This document shows, in pieces, positions 1-9,560 of a DNA stretch of 64,000 bases (its first letter is position 1; the number at the start of each line of letters is the position of its first letter). Under the pieces are notes generated by a model. The model was not told the DNA's origin and made no database searches. It saw nothing but the letters and a program-made list of their open reading frames with translations. The stretch is from positions 1 through 64,000 of the IMG/VR virus record IMGVR_UViG_3300042881_004430; one strand, given 5' to 3'. A program made the translations under genes and the position numbers. The DNA comes from an uncultured virus (IMG/VR IMGVR_UViG_3300042881_004430) (lineage: Duplodnaviria > Heunggongvirae > Uroviricota > Caudoviricetes).

Positions 1-273
1 CCTTTTTCTGTTAAAAGTATTTACCCTCTTGAAGTGAGTTGTGATTTTAATATAGCTCAAGACAACTATGTGCTTCAAAAGCTGTCTGATTTGTCTTATA
101 ACTTGAAGAATATAAGTAATTTTTATATTAACACTAAAGATTTTAATGGTAATTCAGTAAACTTTAATTTTGGAAGTTCGTTATGTTATTTCATTGATGT
201 TTCCGAAGACTTCTCTGCTAGTGTAAATTCTCCTGTAGGAATAACGGTAAGGTACAGGGGCTATCTGAAATAA
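1..273 (+). CDS. partial hypothetical virion/tail-module protein (open from left edge)
   Basis: Frame 1 is open from base 1 to TAA at 271-273; lies upstream of tail-like genes. Confidence 0.5.
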   Translation, partial: PFSVKSIYPLEVSCDFNIAQDNYVLQKLSDLSYNLKNISNFYINTKDFNGNSVNFNFGSSLCYFIDVSEDFSASVNSPVGITVRYRGYLK

Positions 274-282
274 GGCAAAAGG

Positions 283-1086
283 ATGAAATATTTTAATGAG
301 TGTGAAGTAGTATTTAATTCGCGTTTTGGGTCAGGACTAGTTCTGGCTCAGAATACTTCTATTGGAGTAAATAGAAACATAAATTCTACTTATGTAATCG
401 GAAGACAAAACTCGTCTCAGATGTTTAAAACTAAAGCAGATGAGACTAATATTGAGTTTACTTATTTTCCAAACATCTCTGATCCTATATATAAATGTTT
501 CGATTACATAAAAACAGGAATTTTTACTGGTAGCTTTCCTGAAGCAGTTGTTCCTGTTCAGGTTGTTTTGGCAGGGGTAAGTGGGTCTTTTTATCCTTCT
601 AGATATTCATTGACAGTAAATCCTAATTCAAAAGTACAAGCTTCTGTTTCTCTTTCTAGTTTTTCTAATCTTTCTGGAAGTATTAATGACAAAACTGCAA
701 TTAATAATTTAGCCAGCGGATCAGGCATAGCTCATTCGTGGAATGCTAAAGTCTCAGGAACAGCCGCTCTTTATAATGTTTTAGACTTCAACTACGGCAT
801 CTCTATCAACTGGAATCCAATTTATTCAGTCGGTCAACAAAGGCCAAGACAAGTTGATTTGTCCGCTGGAGAAGAAACGTTTGATTTTACTGTAGAAAAT
901 TTTAATTCAAATTTCTCTAATACAGACTTATCAACAGCAGAAAACGCCAAGATAAACATAACTACTTTTGGCGATCAATCAATAATGATTATCAACACTT
1001 CAGGAAGCAAGATTGACTCTTCCAATCTATCAATTAATATTGACGATTTCGCTAAAAATAAAATATCATTAAAAAGGAGTTTCTAA
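283..1086 (+). CDS. putative tail tube-like protein
   Basis: Beta-rich S/N/T composition, tube-like motif (FNYGISINWNPIYSVGQQRP), similar in layout to the next ORF. Confidence 0.45.
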   Translation: MKYFNECEVVFNSRFGSGLVLAQNTSIGVNRNINSTYVIGRQNSSQMFKTKADETNIEFTYFPNISDPIYKCFDYIKTGIFTGSFPEAVVPVQVVLAGVSGSFYPSRYSLTVNPNSKVQASVSLSSFSNLSGSINDKTAINNLASGSGIAHSWNAKVSGTAALYNVLDFNYGISINWNPIYSVGQQRPRQVDLSAGEETFDFTVENFNSNFSNTDLSTAENAKINITTFGDQSIMIINTSGSKIDSSNLSINIDDFAKNKISLKRSF

Positions 1087-2166
1087 ATGTTTTTCAACTA
1101 TAAAAATTGCACATTTAAGCTAAGTGGCGTAGACATACTAGCCACTAATGTAAATATGTCTCTTGATTCAAGTAACACTCCTGTTTATAATGAAGAATTT
1201 AAAAAGAACTCTTATACATATTCTCCAGAAGATACAGTAGATACAAGTTTTTCTATTTCTTATTACTTGACAGGAAAAGACTTTGTTAAGGAATATCTTT
1301 TAGGCGCAAATTCTGAGCAGGGTATTTCTGGAAATTTTTGTGGTCTATATTTCCAAAGTGGTTACGTTACAAGCTATTCTATAAAAGGGTCTCCAGATTC
1401 TTTAGCTAAAGTAGATCTTGAGCTTAAAGTTTTTGAAACATTAAAAGGCTCTTTTTCTCCTACTGCCCCGGCCAATCTGCCAGAAATTACACCCTTAAAT
1501 TTTTCAAATTTTTATCTGTCTGGAAATCTAGATGGTACTGCTTTTGATTCTAACGGTTATAATTTTACAAATTTTAGCTATCAATACCAAAGAGAGGTCC
1601 AGAAGTACAATAAAGAAGGAGCTTCTACTTTTGATCAAAGCGGTAGGGCTTATCTTGGAAAGAGGTCTCAATCGTTTTCTTTTGAGATAGATAACTTTAA
1701 TGTTTCTCTCCCATATTCTGGAGTTCCTTGCGCCTTTTATATTTCGCTTCAAACAGGGGCAGTTCCTCTTGATACATTGTCTTTTGCGGGAATAATTTCC
1801 TCTAAAAGATCTTCTGTCGAGTCTCAAGGATACATAAGATCTGAGTTTTCTTTAAAACAAGACTTCTCGCATTTTAGACCAGCAATAACTGATTTCACTC
1901 CAAGAGTTATATTGCCCGGAGCCACCGTGACAATAAATGGAAGTAATTTTATAAACGTTAAAAGGATTCTTTTTGGAAACACAGAGGCAGCTTCTTTTAC
2001 TCCGGTTTCTACTTCTTTGCTTACTGCGGTTGCTCCTACAAGTTTAAAAGGTGCTGCTGCTATTTTCATAGAGACAGAAGAGACGACTTCTTCTTCTATT
2101 TTTAACTTTAAAACAAGTGTATCTGTTAATGATATAAGATTATCTACGCAGTTTCAAGGATTATAA
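1087..2166 (+). CDS. putative tail tube-like protein with C-terminal IPT/TIG domain
   Basis: C-terminal PAITDFTP...GATVTINGSNF...FGNTEA...LTAVAP is a typical IPT/TIG Ig-like domain. Confidence 0.55.
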   Translation: MFFNYKNCTFKLSGVDILATNVNMSLDSSNTPVYNEEFKKNSYTYSPEDTVDTSFSISYYLTGKDFVKEYLLGANSEQGISGNFCGLYFQSGYVTSYSIKGSPDSLAKVDLELKVFETLKGSFSPTAPANLPEITPLNFSNFYLSGNLDGTAFDSNGYNFTNFSYQYQREVQKYNKEGASTFDQSGRAYLGKRSQSFSFEIDNFNVSLPYSGVPCAFYISLQTGAVPLDTLSFAGIISSKRSSVESQGYIRSEFSLKQDFSHFRPAITDFTPRVILPGATVTINGSNFINVKRILFGNTEAASFTPVSTSLLTAVAPTSLKGAAAIFIETEETTSSSIFNFKTSVSVNDIRLSTQFQGL

Positions 2167-2167
2167 T

Positions 2168-5100
2168 ATGCCAAGCTACAATACAGGTTTAATAAATCAA
2201 AAGATGCGCGTCACGGGCGCGGGTCTTTATGCAGTAAGTGGATTGCAGCTTCCCGGTGCTGGCTTCATTGATTTTTCTTATTACGACGCTTCACCAGAAT
2301 ATATTGAATTTAACGTTCCAGAAAATGTAGCTTTTGGTCAGGCTAAATTTTATTTTATTACTGGAAATTCGGTCTCTTCTCCAATGTATGTAAGTGGAGT
2401 AGACTTTTTTCCAATACCAAGATTGGATGCCATAATACCACAAACACAAGAGGTTGGTCAATTTGTTGCAGTAAGTGGCAAATCATTAAGTGGCGTACAA
2501 TATGTATCCTTTAATAATATCACTGGAACAAATCTATCTTATCAACCAGATAGCGGTGTTTTGCTAGTTAAGGTTCCAAGCGGTTATACGACAGGTCCAA
2601 TTAGAGTTAGTGGCTACAATAATACCGGAATAGTTTCTGTAGCTAGTGATTTTAATTTTTATGGTCGCATTTATATAAGTGGATTTAGTGATAATCTGCC
2701 ATACGAAGGAGATGTTCTTAGAATATCTGGAAATAATTTTAACTTATCTTATGTAACTCAAAGTTATTTTCCTGTCAATTTTACTACCTCTGTAGATAAT
2801 GGAGTTACTGGATTTGTAACCGCTCCATTTACTGGTGGTGGAGATGTAATTTCAGGAGTAGTCCCTGCAAATGCTAATGCTGGATTTGTAACAATAAATT
2901 CAAAAGACGACACTACTTTTACTTCCAGAAATCAAATAACTGTTCTTAAAGCTCCTGTTGTATTTAATGCTTTAAATTACTATTTAAATTCTGGACAATC
3001 TAATATTGCCATCGGTAAAAACTTTAATTACGCTACTGGAATTACTCTAAGCGGACTAAACTATAGACAACCAAAAACTATATTAAATAGCGGAGTTAGA
3101 AGTTCTCAAGTTGGGCTTTTTGGTAGATCTTTACTGTTTAGCGGAAGTTCTTATCTGCAAATTCCTTCTCCTTCTGGTGGTGATTTTAGTTTTGGAGCAG
3201 ATCCATTTACTATAGAATTTTCAGTTAATCCATTGCCATACACTTCAACTCCAAGAATTGATATGTTCCAAGATCAAGGATGGGATGGAAATGGTTTTTA
3301 TTTTTATAAAGCTGCTGCAAGCACTAATTGGACATTTTACGCTAGTAATTCAGCTAAAGCTACAATTGCGACTTCTTTGATTCCAGCAAATCAATGGACT
3401 AAAGTAATAATATCTAGAACTTCTGCAAATGGTGATACATTTGTGGCAATAAGCGGTACTAATAGACAATCTTTTTCTACTGTTTCTGCTGGAACTCCTT
3501 ATACAATAACGGCTGGTAGTGGATTATTCATTGGAACCCATAATACAGGTTCTTATGGAACGTATGGAGTAAATCCATTTTCTGGATATATTGAAGATTT
3601 TAGAATAGTTAAAGGCGTTGGATTATATAATACTATTAGCCAAGTAATGACTGGTTCTGGGCTGTTTGATACTCAGAACACGGTAATATTATTACAGGGC
3701 AATTATTCAGATTATGATTATAGAGGAGATAGAACTCAACTATCTAGTATTAGAGATATATCTGGTTATGTAGAAGATTATAATTATGGATTATACAACA
3801 AGGTCTTCCCAATCTCTGCTTTTGTAAAAAATTCTGTTGGTTCTAGCTTAACTTTTACTGGAACAAATGCTGATGCTGGATGTTACGATATTACTATAAA
3901 AAATTCTGGAGGAAGAGACTTCTTGTTTAAGAATTTTGAAATAATAAAAGCAGATCCGATGATAAAGAGTGTTTCTACTTTTGAAAACTATATTGGCGGC
4001 TCAGTAGAAATCATCGGTCATAATATATATCCAGATACACAAATTCTTTTCCAAGACACTGGAGACGCTAATTCATTAGTTGAGGCTACAGAAAATTCAA
4101 ATAGCTATTCTTATCAATCGACATTTAGAAACGCAAAAGATTTAACAGCTTCTAGCTCTGTAAGAATAAGCAACAATACGTCAAAATATGACGACAGAAG
4201 CTTCTTATTTTCTGGAAGCCCCGGACCATACATTAAGTTTTCTATTACTGGTCAATCTCCAAACATTCCTTTAAGCTATGGAAACACTTTTGCAGTGGAG
4301 TTAGACTTTAGACCATTGGCTAGTTTTTCTTCTTCAGATAAAAAATTCTTGATAGGTAGTCAAAGTGGATTAAATGTCTTTGTCACTTCTAATCAATTAG
4401 TCGTGTCTGGTATTGATTGGGATGGATTTAATTCAAACTTTTCTGGACAAATAAATACAAGCGACTGGAATCGACTTTCAATTTGTAAGAGCTACTTTAA
4501 TAGAAGCAGTATTAGTGGAAAGATATTATTGAATGGCGCACCAATTAATTTATCTGGAATTAATTACAATTTGAACTTTGCTACTTCTAATCTTGATTTT
4601 AGTTTAAATGCCGACAAGAGTTTAACAAATCCAGTTTTTGATATTTATATTGGAAGAGATTATGCAAATACTCCTGCTAATTATTGGAGCGGTTATATAG
4701 ATGAAGTTAGAGTTGTAAGAGAAAATCCTTATCAATACTCTAATTTTGCTCCTATTAGGAGAGCCAGAAATAATTCAAATACAGAGGTTTTAATTCATGC
4801 AAATGCTGACTTAATAGATGATAACGTTAGGACTTTCGGTTATTTAAGTCTTAATACTCCTAACTTATCTTCAACTAGAAAAACTAATTTAGTATTAGAT
4901 AACACATATTCTAGAATTACTGGTGGGTTTGATAAACAATTCACATTCCTTAAAACTCCAACAATAACAGGAATATATCCCGCATTATTAACCCAAGGTC
5001 AGCCAGCAACTGGATACGGAAGCGACATCTACTATGTAGGTTCAATTAACATAGGAAGTTATTCTGTTAGCAATTATACTATATCTCAAGATGGTTCAGA

Positions 5101-7678
5101 GTTTTCTCAAAGAATAGTATTTACTGTTCCTGATTTTGCTCAAAGCGGCGATTCTCTTTCTATCAATTCTAATTACTATAATTATACTTATCCAAGTGGT
5201 TTGCCTATAGCGAGCGGAACTCTTGTTGTAGATGGATTTTCTCCAATAACTGGGGTCGCAAATACTTTAATTACCCTATCTGGAAAATTTTTAAATACAG
5301 TTACTTCTATAGAACTAGGCAGACAAGATGGTGCTTACAAGGTAATTACAGCTTTTAGAAGGCAAAGCATTAGCGGATTAAGCTTTTTCATTCCTCAAGT
5401 TTATGATATTACAGATGGTCCAATAGTTGTTAATGGTAGTACAAGAGTAACTACGACAGATTCTTTAACTTTTATTAACCCTATTATCTCAAAAATAACT
5501 CCAAACTCTGCTTATTTTAATGATTCAATAACTCTGTCTGGTAGTAATTTAAGTAGTCTTGATTTTTATGGCGTTGGATTTAATAATGAAATAATAAAAT
5601 ATCCTCATGTTGTAGCTCCTACTTCAACTGGAGCTTTGATAAGAGTGCCGAGAGATGTAAAGAAAGGGGTTTTTAGATTTTTTAATTCAGGCACCACTGT
5701 TGAAATAAAAGGATTTTCTCCTTCATTTAATCCAAGCACAACTGTTTCTGGTTCAAATACTGATACTTATAGAACTAGAGATATTATATTAGTTACAGGA
5801 ATCAATGCTCATAATTTTCAAACAAGAGACCTTTACATTAGTGGATTTAATAATCTAACAAATAAAACAGGTCAGTATTTAATTTCTCAAGCAATGTCAG
5901 TTGCTGACATCTCTACCCTTTCTGGATTAGCTCAACCTTATACTGGATACTCTATTCTTTCTGGAAATTTAAATATTGTATCAGACGTTTCTTCTCAAAT
6001 ACCTGACTTAGGATTGCTACTCAGTGGTTCAGATACGATTGGCATTGGAACCACAGTAAGTTCAAATAGTTACATAACTTTAGATGGATATGTTGGAAGT
6101 GGTCAGATATTTTTCCAAAGAAATAGCTTTGATGCAGATAACATGTACAAAACTATCACAATTAAAGCTCCATCTATTTCTACTTCATCTTTAAACATTC
6201 TAACAGGTACATATAGATCACTAATTACTTTAACTGGAGAAAATCTTAATTATGTAACAGGAATTAAATTTGAGGGAGTTGGTACTCTTGCTAGAGGAGC
6301 TTCTGGAGCAATAGCTACGTCTTTCCCTTATTTAGCAGTTAATTATAAATCAGGAATAACAGTAGTAACTGATTCTAGAGACTTAAATAGTAGTGTTATT
6401 TATAAAGATTATGGTCAGTTAAAATTCTATCCTCCATCAATGGCAGGAAAGAATTTACATGGCAAAGACGTAGAAGACATAAGGCCAATCTCTGGAATGT
6501 TCTATCTCCAAACTTATTTAGGAGAAGAGTATCCTGTTACTGGTAATTTTAATTATATTCCATTCATCTCAATCAATGACGCTTATCTAAACAATAACTT
6601 AACATATAGACTAGATGGAACAACTCAGGTTAGCGGATGGGATGGCTCTGTTATTACTTTCAATGGTGAAGGAGTTAGGTATTTGACTGGTGTTAACTTT
6701 TTTACAAAAGTAAATGGAGTGCTAGTAGAAAATTTCCCAACAGTCTTCCAATTTAATAAAAAACAGGCAAAGATAAATTTCTTTAATTCTGCTGGCGGAA
6801 ATATTACTGGATACAGTATTATTAGTGGAGGTGCTGGTTATGCATCATCTGCAATATCAATAGGCTTTACAGATGGAGGAGCAGGAGTTCCAACTGCAAA
6901 CGCTTTAGTTTCTTTCATGCCTCCATATGTTGGTCAAGTTACAGGAGTAGATATAATATTTAATCCAACTTCTTCTACTCCAAATTTCTGGCAAGGCAAT
7001 AACGCTATAGTATCAAATCCTTCTTCTGGGTTTATATTAAAAAATCCACCTGCGAACTTAATTTTTTCTGGAAACAACTTTGCTGCACAAAGTGGAGATG
7101 GTTCTAAATACTATGCTTATTATAGCCCGTCAGTTACGTTTCCATTGGATAACGGTTTCGTGGTTGGTGAAAAACTAGACATGAGATTAGCTAACTATGG
7201 AGCAGTTTATGAAACAACAGATCAGCCATTTTTAACTATTCAAAATCCAAATAACTTCGCAAGAATAGCTGATATTATTTTAACGGGTAATCAATATGTT
7301 GGTAAAAATAATTTAACACTTAGATATGATGAGATTTATTCTAATGACGATGCTGATTTTAATAGCATGGATTTACAATTAAAAACCTCAATCCTTTATC
7401 CCACTGGGTATAACGGAAAGAGGTTTATGCTTACCACAACTAAACCTTCCAAGAATGGAAAATATTTAAGAGTAGATTTTTCTACCAATATTCCTCCGTC
7501 TGGAGATTACGTCATTGCAAATGATCCAATTGACTCTAAATACTTAAAACTTAGAATTGAAACTATTAATTCAGAAGCTTCTCTATTTAAAGGATTAGGA
7601 ACAGTAAGCTCTTCAAGTAAAATATTTGCAGGTTCAGTAGGAGCAGGTTCTAGCTCGCCCGGAATCGGAGTTTCTTAA
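2168..7678 (+). CDS. large tail fibre/adhesin-like virion protein with repeated IPT/TIG and two LamG/ConA-like domains
   Basis: Repeated P-x-I-x-x-x-x-P...G-x-x-x-x-x-x-G-x-N IPT units; LamG signatures FTIEF...FSGYIEDFRIVKG and WSGYIDEVRVVR. Confidence 0.75.
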   Translation: MPSYNTGLINQKMRVTGAGLYAVSGLQLPGAGFIDFSYYDASPEYIEFNVPENVAFGQAKFYFITGNSVSSPMYVSGVDFFPIPRLDAIIPQTQEVGQFVAVSGKSLSGVQYVSFNNITGTNLSYQPDSGVLLVKVPSGYTTGPIRVSGYNNTGIVSVASDFNFYGRIYISGFSDNLPYEGDVLRISGNNFNLSYVTQSYFPVNFTTSVDNGVTGFVTAPFTGGGDVISGVVPANANAGFVTINSKDDTTFTSRNQITVLKAPVVFNALNYYLNSGQSNIAIGKNFNYATGITLSGLNYRQPKTILNSGVRSSQVGLFGRSLLFSGSSYLQIPSPSGGDFSFGADPFTIEFSVNPLPYTSTPRIDMFQDQGWDGNGFYFYKAAASTNWTFYASNSAKATIATSLIPANQWTKVIISRTSANGDTFVAISGTNRQSFSTVSAGTPYTITAGSGLFIGTHNTGSYGTYGVNPFSGYIEDFRIVKGVGLYNTISQVMTGSGLFDTQNTVILLQGNYSDYDYRGDRTQLSSIRDISGYVEDYNYGLYNKVFPISAFVKNSVGSSLTFTGTNADAGCYDITIKNSGGRDFLFKNFEIIKADPMIKSVSTFENYIGGSVEIIGHNIYPDTQILFQDTGDANSLVEATENSNSYSYQSTFRNAKDLTASSSVRISNNTSKYDDRSFLFSGSPGPYIKFSITGQSPNIPLSYGNTFAVELDFRPLASFSSSDKKFLIGSQSGLNVFVTSNQLVVSGIDWDGFNSNFSGQINTSDWNRLSICKSYFNRSSISGKILLNGAPINLSGINYNLNFATSNLDFSLNADKSLTNPVFDIYIGRDYANTPANYWSGYIDEVRVVRENPYQYSNFAPIRRARNNSNTEVLIHANADLIDDNVRTFGYLSLNTPNLSSTRKTNLVLDNTYSRITGGFDKQFTFLKTPTITGIYPALLTQGQPATGYGSDIYYVGSINIGSYSVSNYTISQDGSEFSQRIVFTVPDFAQSGDSLSINSNYYNYTYPSGLPIASGTLVVDGFSPITGVANTLITLSGKFLNTVTSIELGRQDGAYKVITAFRRQSISGLSFFIPQVYDITDGPIVVNGSTRVTTTDSLTFINPIISKITPNSAYFNDSITLSGSNLSSLDFYGVGFNNEIIKYPHVVAPTSTGALIRVPRDVKKGVFRFFNSGTTVEIKGFSPSFNPSTTVSGSNTDTYRTRDIILVTGINAHNFQTRDLYISGFNNLTNKTGQYLISQAMSVADISTLSGLAQPYTGYSILSGNLNIVSDVSSQIPDLGLLLSGSDTIGIGTTVSSNSYITLDGYVGSGQIFFQRNSFDADNMYKTITIKAPSISTSSLNILTGTYRSLITLTGENLNYVTGIKFEGVGTLARGASGAIATSFPYLAVNYKSGITVVTDSRDLNSSVIYKDYGQLKFYPPSMAGKNLHGKDVEDIRPISGMFYLQTYLGEEYPVTGNFNYIPFISINDAYLNNNLTYRLDGTTQVSGWDGSVITFNGEGVRYLTGVNFFTKVNGVLVENFPTVFQFNKKQAKINFFNSAGGNITGYSIISGGAGYASSAISIGFTDGGAGVPTANALVSFMPPYVGQVTGVDIIFNPTSSTPNFWQGNNAIVSNPSSGFILKNPPANLIFSGNNFAAQSGDGSKYYAYYSPSVTFPLDNGFVVGEKLDMRLANYGAVYETTDQPFLTIQNPNNFARIADIILTGNQYVGKNNLTLRYDEIYSNDDADFNSMDLQLKTSILYPTGYNGKRFMLTTTKPSKNGKYLRVDFSTNIPPSGDYVIANDPIDSKYLKLRIETINSEASLFKGLGTVSSSSKIFAGSVGAGSSSPGIGVS

Positions 7679-8377
7679 TTACTTAAGCTTTTGAATTCTT
7701 TCAATCAATTCAAAGATTTTAATCTTTGGAATGTCAGCTATTGACATAAGAGAATCAGCGTTAGTATAGTTTTCTTTAATCAATTTTTCTTTAAGCTTCG
7801 TAAAAGTAACGCTCTTCTCTTTCATTACTTTTTCAAGAATAGCATGAGGCTCAAAGATGGCTGAAGACTCGGCGGAATCATCAACAACATTGTTCTTCGA
7901 CTTGCCAATTTCATCTTGACCAACGATGTTGATCTTTAAGAAGTTTCGGACGCAGCGAATAAACGCTCTATTTTCGGCAATTGGACCCAAGAAATGACGA
8001 GCAAAGTCCTTAGTGTTACCGGGAGAAGCATCTCCAATAGAAGAAAATGTAATGCAATTTCCTTCTGTTTCATAGTTTGAAATCCAGTCTATTTTACAAA
8101 CTGCTACTACATAGTCTGAACTTGGAGAGGTTACGGTGTAATCAACAGAGTGAAATCCTCTAAGTTGTGCTACATATTTAATTCCAGCTAGAAGGATGAG
8201 TAGATCTTTATCTTCTAGCTTAGTAACATCAGTTTCATTGGTCTTATCCCTGTTTGGAACAAGGAATTCTGGCTTGATCATTTTTCGCCAGTTAATAGAA
8301 CCGTCATCATTAAAGTGATATTCTACACCTTCAATGAGACCTTCAGAGGAACGAACAAGTTTCTTTACAGTATTCAC
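7679..8377 (-). CDS. Rad52/Sak-like single-strand annealing protein (putative)
   Basis: GDASPGN...IAENRAFIRCVRNFL resembles the Rad52-fold AETRAxxRA helix; last gene of the replication operon. Confidence 0.5.
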   Translation of the reverse strand: MNTVKKLVRSSEGLIEGVEYHFNDDGSINWRKMIKPEFLVPNRDKTNETDVTKLEDKDLLILLAGIKYVAQLRGFHSVDYTVTSPSSDYVVAVCKIDWISNYETEGNCITFSSIGDASPGNTKDFARHFLGPIAENRAFIRCVRNFLKINIVGQDEIGKSKNNVVDDSAESSAIFEPHAILEKVMKEKSVTFTKLKEKLIKENYTNADSLMSIADIPKIKIFELIERIQKLK

Positions 8378-8383
8378 ATAGAT

Positions 8384-8412
8384 ATACTATGCCGAAACTG
8401 CGGACTTATCAA
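8384..8412 (-). promoter_or_regulatory. sigma70-like promoter TTGATA-N17-TAGTAT
   Basis: Exact 17-nt spacer; GTG start 6 nt after the -10 box. Confidence 0.55.
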
Positions 8413-9559
8413 CTCTAAAAATCCAGAAATTCTCAACCTCTTTCCAGAACTCTGGACAGTCGATAACGGGTTCAGCAAGCTGCTTTGCTTCAATTCCATT
8501 TTTTAAAGAAGATTCACTCAAGTAAACTTTGCCATTACTAATTAATCTCTTGTTTGATTTATAGAAAGCGTTGGAAGTATATTCGATGCCAGTTTTCTTT
8601 TTTAGATTAATTGGCATTTGAGTAATATGCTCTTGTTCAAGGTATTTAAGTTTAATTTCTTCTAATTCCTTGCCTTCTAAATAAGTAAACAATTGATAAG
8701 AAATATTACTAGATGCTAAAAAGTCTGCAAATCCTATGTTGTTGTTTTCTTTAATTTCGTAAAAAATTCTTCCAATATTATTTTTATTATTAATAATAAT
8801 ATTTGGATCAATAGGTTTGTCTGTGATTATAAAGCATTGACAAACTTGAAGCTGTTCGTTGAGGAATTTCTCGTTATGCTCCAAGTCCATTCTAACAACA
8901 ATATTATTAGAATTAAACTGTTTTGGGTTTACAATTTGATTAGGCACCATTTCTAATCTCATGTTATTGTATTCGGTGCCGAAATAAAGAGTTTGGATAG
9001 AGTTGTTATGAGGGATGCCTAGTAATTTTAGAATACTATTAGCAATATGCTCTGGCTTTATTGAATTGATTGTTTTGGGATTCTCCTCAAAAGAAAACGT
9101 TGGCTTGTTAGTCCTCTTCGGCTCAAGCAAAATATGGTCTTTAGGGTCTCCGAAGAAAGGCTTCACGCAATTGATGTAGTTATTGGAATACAATGCTACA
9201 ATCTTTTTACCATAACCAGAAGCAATATGAGTGGGGAAACTATCCGCTCCAAAATGAAGAAGCGAGTCTTTTAGAACGAAAGCTGTTTGATTAATATTAG
9301 TTAACCCAACAAAACTTAGAACGTTGCTGTAAACCTTTTCTTTGTCTTGTCCAAGCTGGATAATTTTTATTCCTTTTTCATTTAAAATAGGAAAAATAAG
9401 ATTAACTACTTCCTGCCAATAATCATAAGTCTTTGAAGGCTTAGAGCTTGGATGAAAAGTGATATATTTGTCAGCGGTAACAGGAAAAAATTTTTCGTAG
9501 ATATAAGGCTTCTTAATCTTAACTCCAGAAGCTAGAGAATATTGCTCTAAAAGGTGCAT
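8387..9559 (-). CDS. glycosyltransferase, GT9-like C-terminal (donor-binding) domain plus unknown domain
   Basis: YITFHP..KTYDYWQEVV..IIQLG..HFGADSFPTHIASGYGKKIVALY matches the heptosyltransferase-type DSGPxHxA motif. Confidence 0.7.
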   Translation of the reverse strand: MHLLEQYSLASGVKIKKPYIYEKFFPVTADKYITFHPSSKPSKTYDYWQEVVNLIFPILNEKGIKIIQLGQDKEKVYSNVLSFVGLTNINQTAFVLKDSLLHFGADSFPTHIASGYGKKIVALYSNNYINCVKPFFGDPKDHILLEPKRTNKPTFSFEENPKTINSIKPEHIANSILKLLGIPHNNSIQTLYFGTEYNNMRLEMVPNQIVNPKQFNSNNIVVRMDLEHNEKFLNEQLQVCQCFIITDKPIDPNIIINNKNNIGRIFYEIKENNNIGFADFLASSNISYQLFTYLEGKELEEIKLKYLEQEHITQMPINLKKKTGIEYTSNAFYKSNKRLISNGKVYLSESSLKNGIEAKQLAEPVIDCPEFWKEVENFWIFRVDKSAVSA

Positions 9560-9560
9560 A

